This document shows positions 52,471 to 64,000 of a DNA stretch of 64,000 nucleotides, one piece after another. Position numbers and translations under genes: made by a program. The DNA is from Eledone cirrhosa (taxonomy: Eukaryota), in the NCBI GenBank assembly GCA_964016885.1, contig OZ024742.1, positions 39,990,001-40,054,000 of the forward strand, given 5' to 3'. The notes under the pieces were generated by a model that saw only the letters and a program-made list of their open reading frames with translations, was not told where the DNA came from and searched no databases. Within the stretch, counting starts at the first letter, position 1, and every line of letters begins with the position of its first letter.

Positions 52471-54136
52471 AAGGGAAACAAAAACAATCATTAATTCACC
52501 TCCAAGTGCGACAATCGGCCGCACATCACAAGGGTCAACGGAATTTTTTCAGGTAAGCCAATGTGCTTGCAGCATTACCACGGGTGATGGCGAAGCTATG
52601 AGACACCCTCACAGGCATTACCTGACACCTCGGTAAGTCGAGCAGCCACCAATGACAAGAACTTCGCTGTCAGTGGCCTAACTCCACCAAAAGTCTCGAA
52701 TAGCTGTTTTTAATATTTCGTGGGTGCCCGAACAAATAGGAACCAAACTCCCACTGTCACTGCCTCCGTCTCTTCCGCTTCCCCCAACTCTCACTTGATT
52801 TATATCACGTAACAATTACATTTTTGATAACTAACAACTCTAAAACATTCTCTATAAGATTAGATATGAGGGAGAGAAGAGGAAGGTAAGGGGTGGGAAA
52901 TGACAACTCCACCGATTTCCCTGCACAGTAAAACGCAGCTGTCATCCTCTATACGCACCACACGTTCTTAATATCGTAATTCGTACTCTTGCACACCACA
53001 TCGGATTTCTCCCATATATAGAGCCCTTCTCTCAGCACATCCATGTTTATTTTCAGAGTCTCAGGGATTTTACTGGTGGATGGGTCTTTTGTATTATGGT
53101 AAATCACCAGTCAGCTCAGTCTTGGGTAATTTCCTTTGTGAAATTCAGTTTCATGAGGTCATTCTTCACAACCTCGTCCCATGTCTTCCACAAGTTCCAC
53201 CCACTTCAAGAGCTCAGCACCTTTTTATACAATTCTTGTTCTCTTTACACATCACTTCATTTTACCAGCACAATCGACTCTCTTGCTCGCTAAATTCAAT
53301 CCCTCTTATTATCAGCTTTTTTCTCAGCTTACTTCTGCTCTCAGTGAAGCAGGGGGGAATTAAGAGGAGTCTAATGGGCTGCAGCCAAGGACCCCACAAT
53401 ATTCATAAGGCCGGAATTTGATTTTTGTGTGTAATATATCAATTTCGCACAAGGGCCCCGATTAAAGCCAGAAGCTCGATATAGGCTGTCACCCGGGGTG
53501 CCTTTAGCAGAGTCCAATCTGTTGCAAACATTCGGACCGGGTTTAACATCACCTCCTGGCTTTTAGATATCTTTAGTAGATTCTACTTTGTTGCAAACAT
53601 TCGGACAAAGTTTAATTCCTATCTGGCTCTTGGATATCTTTAGTATTTGGACTGAGTCGCTGGTTTGAGAATAACTTCCTCTCACCGTCTCACCCCTCCC
53701 CATTTGTCTCGAAGACTCTGAAAAGTGTTTTTATGGCCTTTAACCGTTGTACTTTCCATGACTAAACAGTAAAATAAAAAGGAAAGAAACCTCGAATCTT
53801 ATTCTCAACCTCACTCTTGCTTCATCGCCATGGAATGGAAACCCTTCGTACACACATGGAACCATCAACGCCCTTTCACCCTCAACACCCCAACCAATAC
53901 ACAACATCATCATCTGCAATAATCATCCATCATTCACCACCACCACCGCCACCGCCACCTTAACAGTCTCCAACAACATCATCATGTATACATGGTGAGT
54001 CACTGATTATATATATATTATTTTTTTACAGATTTTTTTTTCCTTATTACTCTGCTATCCTTCTTACCACTGAACTACCTATAATTCTGTTATACAACAC
54101 GTTCCAAACACTAGCACTACTTCTACCGTCACCTGC

Positions 54137-54197
<61 letters not shown>

Positions 54198-54409
54198 CAT
54201 ATATATATAGAGAGAGATAGATAGATATAGATGTATGTATGTATGTATATACGCCTGTGTCTGTCTGTGTGTGTATTATGTGTGTATATGCGCAAGCAAA
54301 ACCATCTATTTCGGGTGTCTGACTAAATGGTGAATTTGGCAAACAAGATCCAGACATCGTATTCCTCGGATTCAGCGCTGATAGATTGCATGTACATATA
54401 TATATATAG

Positions 54410-54446
<37 letters not shown>

Positions 54447-55225
54447 CATATATATATATAATATATATATATAAAATATATATATACCTACATCATACAT
54501 GCATACATATATATATATATACACACACACGTGTGTGTGTATGTATGTATGTAGGTATGTATATATATGAGTGCATAAATACACGTGTCTACACATACAC
54601 ACCTACACCCACACCCACACCCACACATTATATACATTGCATATTTTCTCAATGAGTTGCTGCTGAATGTATGAATAACCTTCGTTGAAAAAAAAAATTT
54701 TCTATTTGTTTATTTCACTCAAAGTACTAACATAAGTCCGAGGCTGCATATATGTAGCCGCTAGAAATAGCAACCAAACCTACAGTAAATTAATATACTA
54801 CTGTCACCTTGGAAGGAGAGGGACCTATTGTATAATGTAGTCCTTCATACACAACGGCCGAGGGATGGACTGGATAGTCCGTCGATTGTAGTGCTTAATG
54901 GTTAATATTCATGAAAATTAACCATATATAGGCAAGTATAAGTAAGGTCTGGACTTAACTATAGCTAACAGCCACACACCCTCGGAGACATCATTGTTTT
55001 GAAATATCTTTTATTTTATCATTAGTTTATTTTCTATGTAAAAGGTAAACAGAAATAGCAAAAATAACAAGATAAACAGCACCGTACATGGACGAAATAT
55101 ATTAGTTTAACGCTTGAAATAGTCGGAAGAGAGTTTTAACGTTTCGGACTGTATAAATAGAAAGTAAAGCGTGATGAGAAGAAAGAACGGGGAAAACAAG
55201 AAAGGAAACGCGTGCGTAATGTATG

Positions 55226-55287
<62 letters not shown>

Positions 55288-56669
55288 GACAGTCTATCGA
55301 CAAGAACCCAGACCTCAATCGCTTAACGAGTGGGGTGGAGCTCGTCAAATTGGACCGAGTAAACAATGTTTTTCCCAATCTATATACTACTAAAACTCTG
55401 TGATTGTGTGTTTGTCTGTAATGTAATACAGCCAAAACAGTGCATAATGGGAAAATACTTTGAAAGGATGTTGACCCTGAAATGGGAATACAAATGGAAT
55501 AAAACAAGTTTCGCGTAAATCGGGGCACTGGTTCCCGAGATAAGGGGTTTTTCCGGGTATCTTCATAAATACCCTCTCACTAAACCACGAAATTCTCTCT
55601 CCCTCTCTATATCCTACTACAATATTTTTTACTTTGAAACAACAAATGTTTTCATCTTCTGTAAAGAACGACAAACTTCTCCATCCCCTCCCCCCACACT
55701 TTGAACCCCTGGAGTGTGGGGTAGATCTTCCTTTTTTGGGGGTGGTGTGCTTTTGTTGAATTATTGACAGGAGTTTAAAATATGTGGTGGTGGTGGAGTT
55801 GGTGATTGTGTGGTGGTGTTGGTAGTAGTGTTGTGGTGGTGGTGGTGGTGGTGGTAGTAGTGTTGTGGTGGTGGTTGTGTAGAGGGTGGTGATGGTAGTA
55901 GGGGTAGTGTGGTGTTGTTGGTGGTGCTTGTTTATTTTGAATCTTTCTATCTATCTCTCTCTCTATCTATTTATTTATCTATCTATATATTACTAAAACT
56001 CTGTGATTGTGCGCTTGTCTCTAATTTAATACAGGCAGTGAACATACACAGTTCAGTGAATACACACACACACACACATCACATCACATTCGAGGCATTA
56101 ATATAAATAGAAATGCATCGTTTTTGTATTTGTTTTGCAAGATCCTTGATATGAAATCATGTGTTGAAACAGATATTACTCTGGGAAGACCATGCTACCA
56201 ATAAAAACACACGCACCAATTGAGTTTCATTTCAGTTTATTATTAGTTGAGTTACTAATCTATTTATTGGTTAGTTTAGTAACTGGCTGGTTGATTAGTT
56301 GTTAAGTGTCAAAGCACTTTCCTTACACATGTTAGACCTTCGCAACGACTACACTTGCTCATCCGTGTCTCTTTGTTCTAATCACGTTCTATTTTTATAT
56401 ATACTAATAGCATATACCATTAGGCAAGACAAATCAAAGAACTACATGAAGAAATCTAACAATGTGTTTATAAATATAAATATAACTTATAATTCTTCTT
56501 CTTCTTCAGTCATCCCTCTTTCGAAGGCGAAGCATTTATTTTGCTTTTACTGATGGCTAGAATATATGCGGCTCGCTACACCTGCAAAAACATCCACGCC
56601 ACCATTGTTGTCCAAGGGAGGCAATGACAGATACAGCCTGGGACCAGTGACATCGCAACTCATTTCTAC

Positions 56670-56805
56670 AGCGCATGGCTTAGAGGTTAGAGCGTTGGGC
56701 TGGCAATTGGGAGTCTGTGAGTTCGATTCTCGGACCGGGTGATGCGTTGTGTCCTTGAGCAAGACACTTTATTTAACGTTGCTCCTGTTCTCTCAGCTGC
56801 AGAAC
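56670..56805 (+). mobile_element. Second tRNA-derived SINE family (also ~13432-13610, 15945-16110, 19450-19620, 27090-27540, 36230-36385, 39885-39990, 47780-48130, 48480-48820)
   Basis: A-box-like TGGCTTAG(A/T)GG, B-box GAGTTCGATTC, then CCTTGAGCAAGACACTTTATTT. No cloverleaf 3' end. Confidence 0.7.
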
Positions 56806-57209
56806 TCATAATTACCCCAACGTAAACAGAAACAAAACGACTCCAAACCAATGCTATCAATAAACTGAAGCAAATATAATTGATATACTTTCACTTAACT
56901 GACCTGCCAGATACATCCCGCACTAAACATAAAGTAAAGTCAATAACTCACTTTAGAATTCTACCCAAACATTCCCAACATATCAAACAATTACTGGTAT
57001 GGGGATGACGGATGTCATCATGCTGCAGCCATCGTATTACGGAGTTTCTAGTAAAATCGATGAAAAGTTTTTTCACACCCTGACATTACTATTATTGATA
57101 CGAAACACAATAATATCTTATATAATTACCTCTTTATTTCTCTTTTGATATCCTCATATTCTATAGCTTGTTCTTACTTTCATCTCCTAACCACATACGA
57201 TGTTATCTC

Positions 57210-57271
<62 letters not shown>

Positions 57272-57285
57272 ATATATATATACAC

Positions 57286-57371
<86 letters not shown>

Positions 57372-57578
57372 AGTGTGTGTGTGTGTGTGTATGCTTATCT
57401 CGACATCTTTTCTCTCTGCTAGTCTGTTAACCTTGATCTTTGCTATAGTGAGAGACATTACGTCTTTATCGCCATTATTTATTTATTTATTATCATATGG
57501 CTTCTTTACATCCATTCTTTCATCCGACTATCATTTCAATAATTACATAATAATTAATTAAATTACACATACATACAT

Positions 57579-57998
<420 letters not shown>

Positions 57999-57999
57999 G

Positions 58000-58143
<144 letters not shown>

Positions 58144-58347
58144 TATATATATATAATTATATATAAATATATATATATTTATATATATATATAATTATAT
58201 ATAAATATTTATATATATATATAATTATATATAAATATATATATATATATACGTATATATATATATAATTATATATAAATATATATATATTTATATATAT
58301 ATATATAATTATATATAAATATATATATATACGTATATATACATATG

Positions 58348-58411
<64 letters not shown>

Positions 58412-58431
58412 TATATGTATATATACATATG

Positions 58432-58487
<56 letters not shown>

Positions 58488-58629
58488 CGTGTGTGTGTGT
58501 ATTTGTTTGTGTGTGTGTGTTTATGTGTATTTATATTCGTCTTGAGCTTTACAAACAATTTAGATATTTTTGTATGTTGCTCCAAACACAATGGTTTCTA
58601 ATTTAGACAAAATGACAATACTTTTCTTC

Positions 58630-58687
<58 letters not shown>

Positions 58688-59096
58688 TCGACACCAGTGC
58701 TTTAATGGCACTTTATTTTATCGATCGAACCTTGAAGGATAAAAAGTAAAGCTGACCTCGGCGGTATTTGGAACCAGAACATCGAGGATCGTAACGAAAA
58801 ACTGCAACGCTTTCAACCAACACGCCGACCAATATAATGCTAGATATGAGGGTTAAAAAATGGAACGGTCAGCGAACTAGTCAGTTAACCCCGCCCCCCA
58901 GCCAGCTAGTTAACCAGCGAATCAACCGGCAAGCAAGCCAGGCGCCCAGCCAACCAGCAAAGTATCCAATAACGTACTAATTTGCATATAATTAGTGCTC
59001 GCGTTGTAATTAATTAAGATATATATTGAGAAGTGAGGCAGCAGCCGAAGTGTATGATAGAGTTATATCTGTATTAATTACATTCAAATTATATAT

Positions 59097-59287
59097 GGCG
59101 GTGGATTGGCAGTATCGGTAGAGGATCGGACACCATGCTTTGAAGCGTAGAGTTACCTCCCTTTATTATCTGAGTTCAAATCCCGCCGAAGTTAACTTTT
59201 CCTTTCATCTTTACGGGGTCGATAAAATAAAGTACCAGTAATACACTGGATTAATTGCTGGCCTTGTGCCAAAAAGTAGAAACAATT
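59097..59287 (+). mobile_element. SINE family 1
   Basis: TSD ATTACATTC(A/G)AATTA at 59077-91 and 59288-302. Confidence 0.9.
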
Positions 59288-59608
59288 ATTACATTCGAAT
59301 TAGTACTTCCATTTCAGAATAATACTAAGAGCAAATGTGGGTAATCAAATACATGTTTCCTTCAAATACATGTTTCCTTGTGGTCGATTGAATGATATAC
59401 GCGTCTTCTAATGAAGGTTCAATTAGATCCGAAAATATATTTATAATTTTTTAAATTTACAAGGAAATTCTGGCATGTTTATATGCCTATATTGTAGATA
59501 TGTGTATATAATTATACACGTTGGTGGAGTCTCTGTTCACATCCTGTAATTATACAGATATAACTTTATAATACACTTCTCAATGTATATATAGCGGACT
59601 TCTCAATG

Positions 59609-59646
<38 letters not shown>

Positions 59647-60340
59647 GATAGATATACATGCATACATACATACATGCATGGTGGCTGCCAACTCTTTTTC
59701 GAGTACGGCCACTACTTTATATCCATGTAGGAGAACCCCTACCGATGCGCTGAACGAGTGTGACATTTTAGTCCAGCCAGCGACTTGAAAACTCTGGTAC
59801 AAACACTACATCTGTGACAATTATTGACACATAGTGCTAAGCCCATGGTACCATGTGACGACAAGTGCAGAGAGATCTCCAGATATAAAGCAATGCCTGT
59901 GCCGTGAAGCTTTTATAGTGAGCAAAGGCACTGCACAAAGCCAGTCCCACTCTCTTAACCAAGATGATATTTACCAAAAAGAAGAACAAGTAAACATCAT
60001 TGGATACCATCAGGGTTGCAGGTGTTATATCAGAGTTTTCCTTCTCCTAGAATTCTGCCTTGACAAAGGCTAAGGGGTCATCTCTCCCGGTGATTTTGGA
60101 TGGCCATTGACTCTTAAGAGCTCCTTTGCCCTTTGACAGGTTTTGTTTTTAGTCCTGCAGGATGTCCAAAGTCACCCTCCTCACCAAGAAACCTTGGTGG
60201 GGTTGCCAGTTTAGTCGCCAACGACCCGACCATGAGACAGGTTGTACTGGGATACATGTTACCAGTAGCACCAACTGGTGACCTGACATACATGCATACA
60301 TACATACATACATACATACATACATACATACATACATACA

Positions 60341-60419
<79 letters not shown>

Positions 60420-60572
60420 TGTATATATGTATATATTTATATATATATATATATGCGGATACAGATATACATGCATGCATACATACATTCATACATACAT
60501 ACATGCATACATACACACATACATACAAACATACATCCATACATACATACAAACATACATACATACATACAT

Positions 60573-61375
60573 ATGGGGATAAACCACTCAAAAAGCCTGG
60601 CATGGAGTTCCGACAAGTTTATGACATCACACCTTGAGGGATATCTCTATGCAATACAGGAACAAGAACTCCCTACCAAATATCTGCTGCACAAAAGAGG
60701 AGGGCCAGCAGCTGACAATAAATGTAGGCTATGTAAAACAAAGATCGAAGATGTAAGCCACATTGTTGCCAGCTGCGAAAGAATGTCATCTCGCTACTAC
60801 CTCCCCATGAGACACGATGGGATAGCTAGAACCATCTGGAACGCACTTCGGAAAACAAAATTAACAACAAACGAGGAAGAATATATTGAGACAGATGGCA
60901 CTAAGGAATACTGGTGGAACCTGAAAATAAAAACTGCCACCAAATTATAGCACAACCGGCCTGATATTGTAGTTTGGGACCACACATTGAAAACGTGTTC
61001 TGTTGTGGAGATCAGCTGCCCACTTGATGTAAACGTTGTCAGAAAAATACAGGAGAAGGAGGACATCTACGGACCATTGATGAGGAGTTTACAAATCCAG
61101 TATCCAAGATACACCTTTAGCTTCATACCCATCATTATTGGTGCTACGGGTTATATACCAACCCGCTTGGACCAAAGTATGACCGAACTTGGATTTGCGG
61201 ACAAAAAGCGCAGCTCCCTAATTCATAGTCTACAAATGGCTGCGATAGCTGGCACCTTCAAAATTTGCAAAACATTCTTGCGATTCAAGGGATGACAATT
61301 TCTTTTCTTTTACAACCTTGCCACCAGGAAGGTGGCCGGTCAAAAAAATATACTCGAAATTAAGAGAAAGAGAAA
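60573..61375 (+). mobile_element. 5'-truncated R4/Dong-clade non-LTR retrotransposon (CCHC + restriction-like endonuclease)
   Basis: EGYLYAIQEQ, CRLC..EDVSHIVASC, RHD, NRPDIV..EISCP..EK..YGPL..PIIIGATG. One in-frame TAG at 60948-50, stop at 61295, short 3' UTR; (CATA)n on both sides. Confidence 0.88.
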
Positions 61376-61457
61376 ACATACATACATACATACATAATAC
61401 ATACATACATACATACATACATACATACATACATACATACATACATACATACATACA

Positions 61458-61491
<34 letters not shown>

Positions 61492-62377
61492 CATACATAC
61501 ATATTACTGAAATCTCCTGCTGTCTAAAGAGATAATAATTCACTTCTGACCTTTATTTTAATGTCTAAGCTCTCCATTAATCCAGTCAACCGGAAAAAGT
61601 CTTTTCTATGAAAGACGTGAAAAATGACTGTTTAAGTATGTATCTTACCCGATACCATTTTCTGTTCTTTTTTACTTTATAGACCGTATATTTGATTTCT
61701 GTTCTGATCGATAATCATGAGCTGATTGATCTCAACCTGATATGGTGCTGTATAGCTTATATCCGCTGGAATATCCAGGCTTAGACAATATCGACCAATG
61801 GAAAAGTCTTTTTCGATTATGCAATATCTGCTAGCTTAATCGATTATTAATCTAGTTTATTTTCTTCTTCCTAAAGCCTCAACACATCAACGTTATCCAT
61901 TTTTTTTGTGTGTAGAGGGGTGGGGGAGTACATTATCTTGGGTACATTATCTTGGGTACATTATCTTTGGTACATTATCTTGGGTACATTATCATCTTAA
62001 AACCTATTTCAGCTTGTTGACGCAGTATAAGCAAGTGTTATTAACCATAACCTCGGACGTCTCATGCTTTGTGAGTGAAATTGGGTTAATGGAAACTGTT
62101 TGGAAGTCAGCCGGATTGACTGCACCTGTAATTCAAAGCGCCAGCCTTATCACACACTATGTCACGCTGAATCTCCCTGACAACTAGGGTACACATGTCT
62201 GTGGAATGCTCTACATTTTGCATGTTAATTTCAGAAGCAGGCTGTTCTGCTGCTCGATTTGTTTTTAATGGTTTGAACTAAATATGTTGAGGCAAGGGCC
62301 TTGTTTCAGGGGGGTACCAGGGGACAAGTCCCCCACTTTTTCAAAAGTCTATATTTTATTTCTTGTTTATTTGATAT

Positions 62378-62557
62378 AATTGTTTCTACTTTTGGCACAA
62401 GGCCAGCAATTATTCCAGTGTATTACTGGTACTTTATTTTATCGACCCCGTAAGGATGAAAGGCAAAGTTAACCTCGGCGGGATTTGAACTCAGACCATA
62501 AAGGGCCGTAACTCTTTGCTGCAAAGCATGGGGTCCGACCCTCTACCGATACTGCCA
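62378..62557 (-). mobile_element. SINE family 1
   Basis: TSD TATTTGATATAA at 62368-79 and 62560-71. Confidence 0.9.
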
Positions 62558-62973
62558 TATATTTGATATAAATTCTTTTTAGGCTTATTTTTTTTTTATC
62601 TGAACTTCATTTGAATATATAAAATTTGATTAGCATAAAATGTTATTTATGTGATAGGGTCCTGGAAAGGCACCGTGAGCAATTTTTGCTCCTTTAAGAA
62701 TTAACAAATGTTGGTTCCCCCCTCTCATTTTAAAGGCAAACGAGGCCCCTCTGTTCAGGGATTTAGCAGGTTTTGTCAAAAAATGAATAACGTAGACTAA
62801 AATAACAATGGAGCCAGTTGTTTTTGTATCACCCAGTATATAGTTTAAACTTAGCTATCGATGTTTATCTTTTACTGTTATATTTTTACTATATGTCCGG
62901 GCTAAGTGAATATTTTGTATGGTATGATATGGTTTTTGTCCTGGGGATATTTGGCTGTATCCCAGACTTTATT

Positions 62974-63222
62974 AGTAATGCACAGGGATAATTGCTGACC
63001 TTGTGCCAAAAGTAGAAACAGTTATTATGTGCCAGAGTAGATTAGCAGTATCGGTAGAGGGTCGGGCCCCATGCTTTGCAGCATAGAGTTACGGCCCTTT
63101 ATGATCTGAGTTCAAATCCCGCCGAGGCTAAATTTGTCTTTCATATTTATGGGGTCGATAAAATAAAGTACCAGTAATACACTGGGATAATTGGTGGCCT
63201 TGCGCCAAAAGTAGAAACAATT
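62974..63222 (+). mobile_element. SINE family 1: 3' stub plus near-full copy in tandem
   Basis: 62974-63025 is a 3' end; ~63036-63222 is a near-full body. Confidence 0.85.
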
Positions 63223-63453
63223 ATATATCAGGAGAAAATATTTAGCTTGTACGTCTTTGTTGCTGCCTCTTTTTTCCATATAAAACAAGTAACACTCAAA
63301 GACCAACCAGATGTGAGAAAAACCACAGACCCTCCATCTTAACTCTACTTTTGAAAAGCAGAAAAACTGCGAAACCGGTAAAAGAACCAAATAAATATAT
63401 ATATTTAAAAAAAAAAAGAGTCCAGTTGCATTTTCGATTTCATCTTTTTTCCT

Positions 63454-63491
<38 letters not shown>

Positions 63492-63523
63492 ATATATATT
63501 TATATTATATATATATATATATT

Positions 63524-63571
<48 letters not shown>

Positions 63572-63606
63572 TATATATATATATATATAATATATATATA
63601 TATAAT

Positions 63607-63661
<55 letters not shown>

Positions 63662-63880
63662 ATATATATATATATATATAATATATATATTATATATATA
63701 TATATATACATATATATTATATATTATATATATATATATATTATATATATATACATATATAATATATATATATATATAAAGGTTTACATATATATAATAT
63801 ATATATATATATATATACATACATATATATAATATATATATATATATATACATATATATAATATATATATATATATAAAG

Positions 63881-63917
<37 letters not shown>

Positions 63918-63961
63918 TTGTAACGGGTCACTTTATCTGGTGATTCTATAGACATGTTTTA

Positions 63962-64000
<39 letters not shown>

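Noticed and set aside
53860-53995. Possible minus- or plus-strand exon in the CAC/CAT-rich stretch ending in GGTGAGT
   Set aside because: Low-complexity sequence with a donor-like motif only; no supporting ORF or partner exon.
59680-59720. HDV-like ribozyme at the hairpin after the CATA tract
   Set aside because: A P1-like helix exists, but I could not place P2, P1.1 or the catalytic C in canonical order.

Overview
AT-rich eukaryotic DNA dominated by (TA)n, (CA)n, (CATA)n and (GA)n microsatellites and short interspersed repeats. The repeat families look like those of an octopus or other coleoid cephalopod (inference). Nearly all long ORFs in the track are microsatellite artefacts. One real gene is supported: a + strand single-CRD TNF-receptor-like (Wengen-like) membrane protein of about 380 aa, with coding exons 26347-27055 and 44436-44869 joined by a 17.4-kb phase-1 GT-AG intron, and a poly-Asn stalk. 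The rest is transposon debris: a young ~190-bp tRNA-type SINE with TSDs, a second SINE family, RTE LINEs (one with a PHD finger inside ORF2), a decayed CR1-type LINE, an R4/Dong-like RLE LINE inside (CATA)n, a mariner fossil, and piggyBac, hAT and Tc1-type MITEs. The most notable non-coding signal is a set of type I hammerhead ribozymes found by manual base-pairing: three complete (87-153 +, 4079-4158 +, 12370-12430 -) and several degenerate. They lie in short Penelope-like pLTR or retrozyme-like units embedded in (TA)n. Several relatives are long fold-back palindromes centred on hammerhead stem II, in which the CUGAUGA half has been replaced by an inverted copy of the other half. No database searches or folding programs were run.
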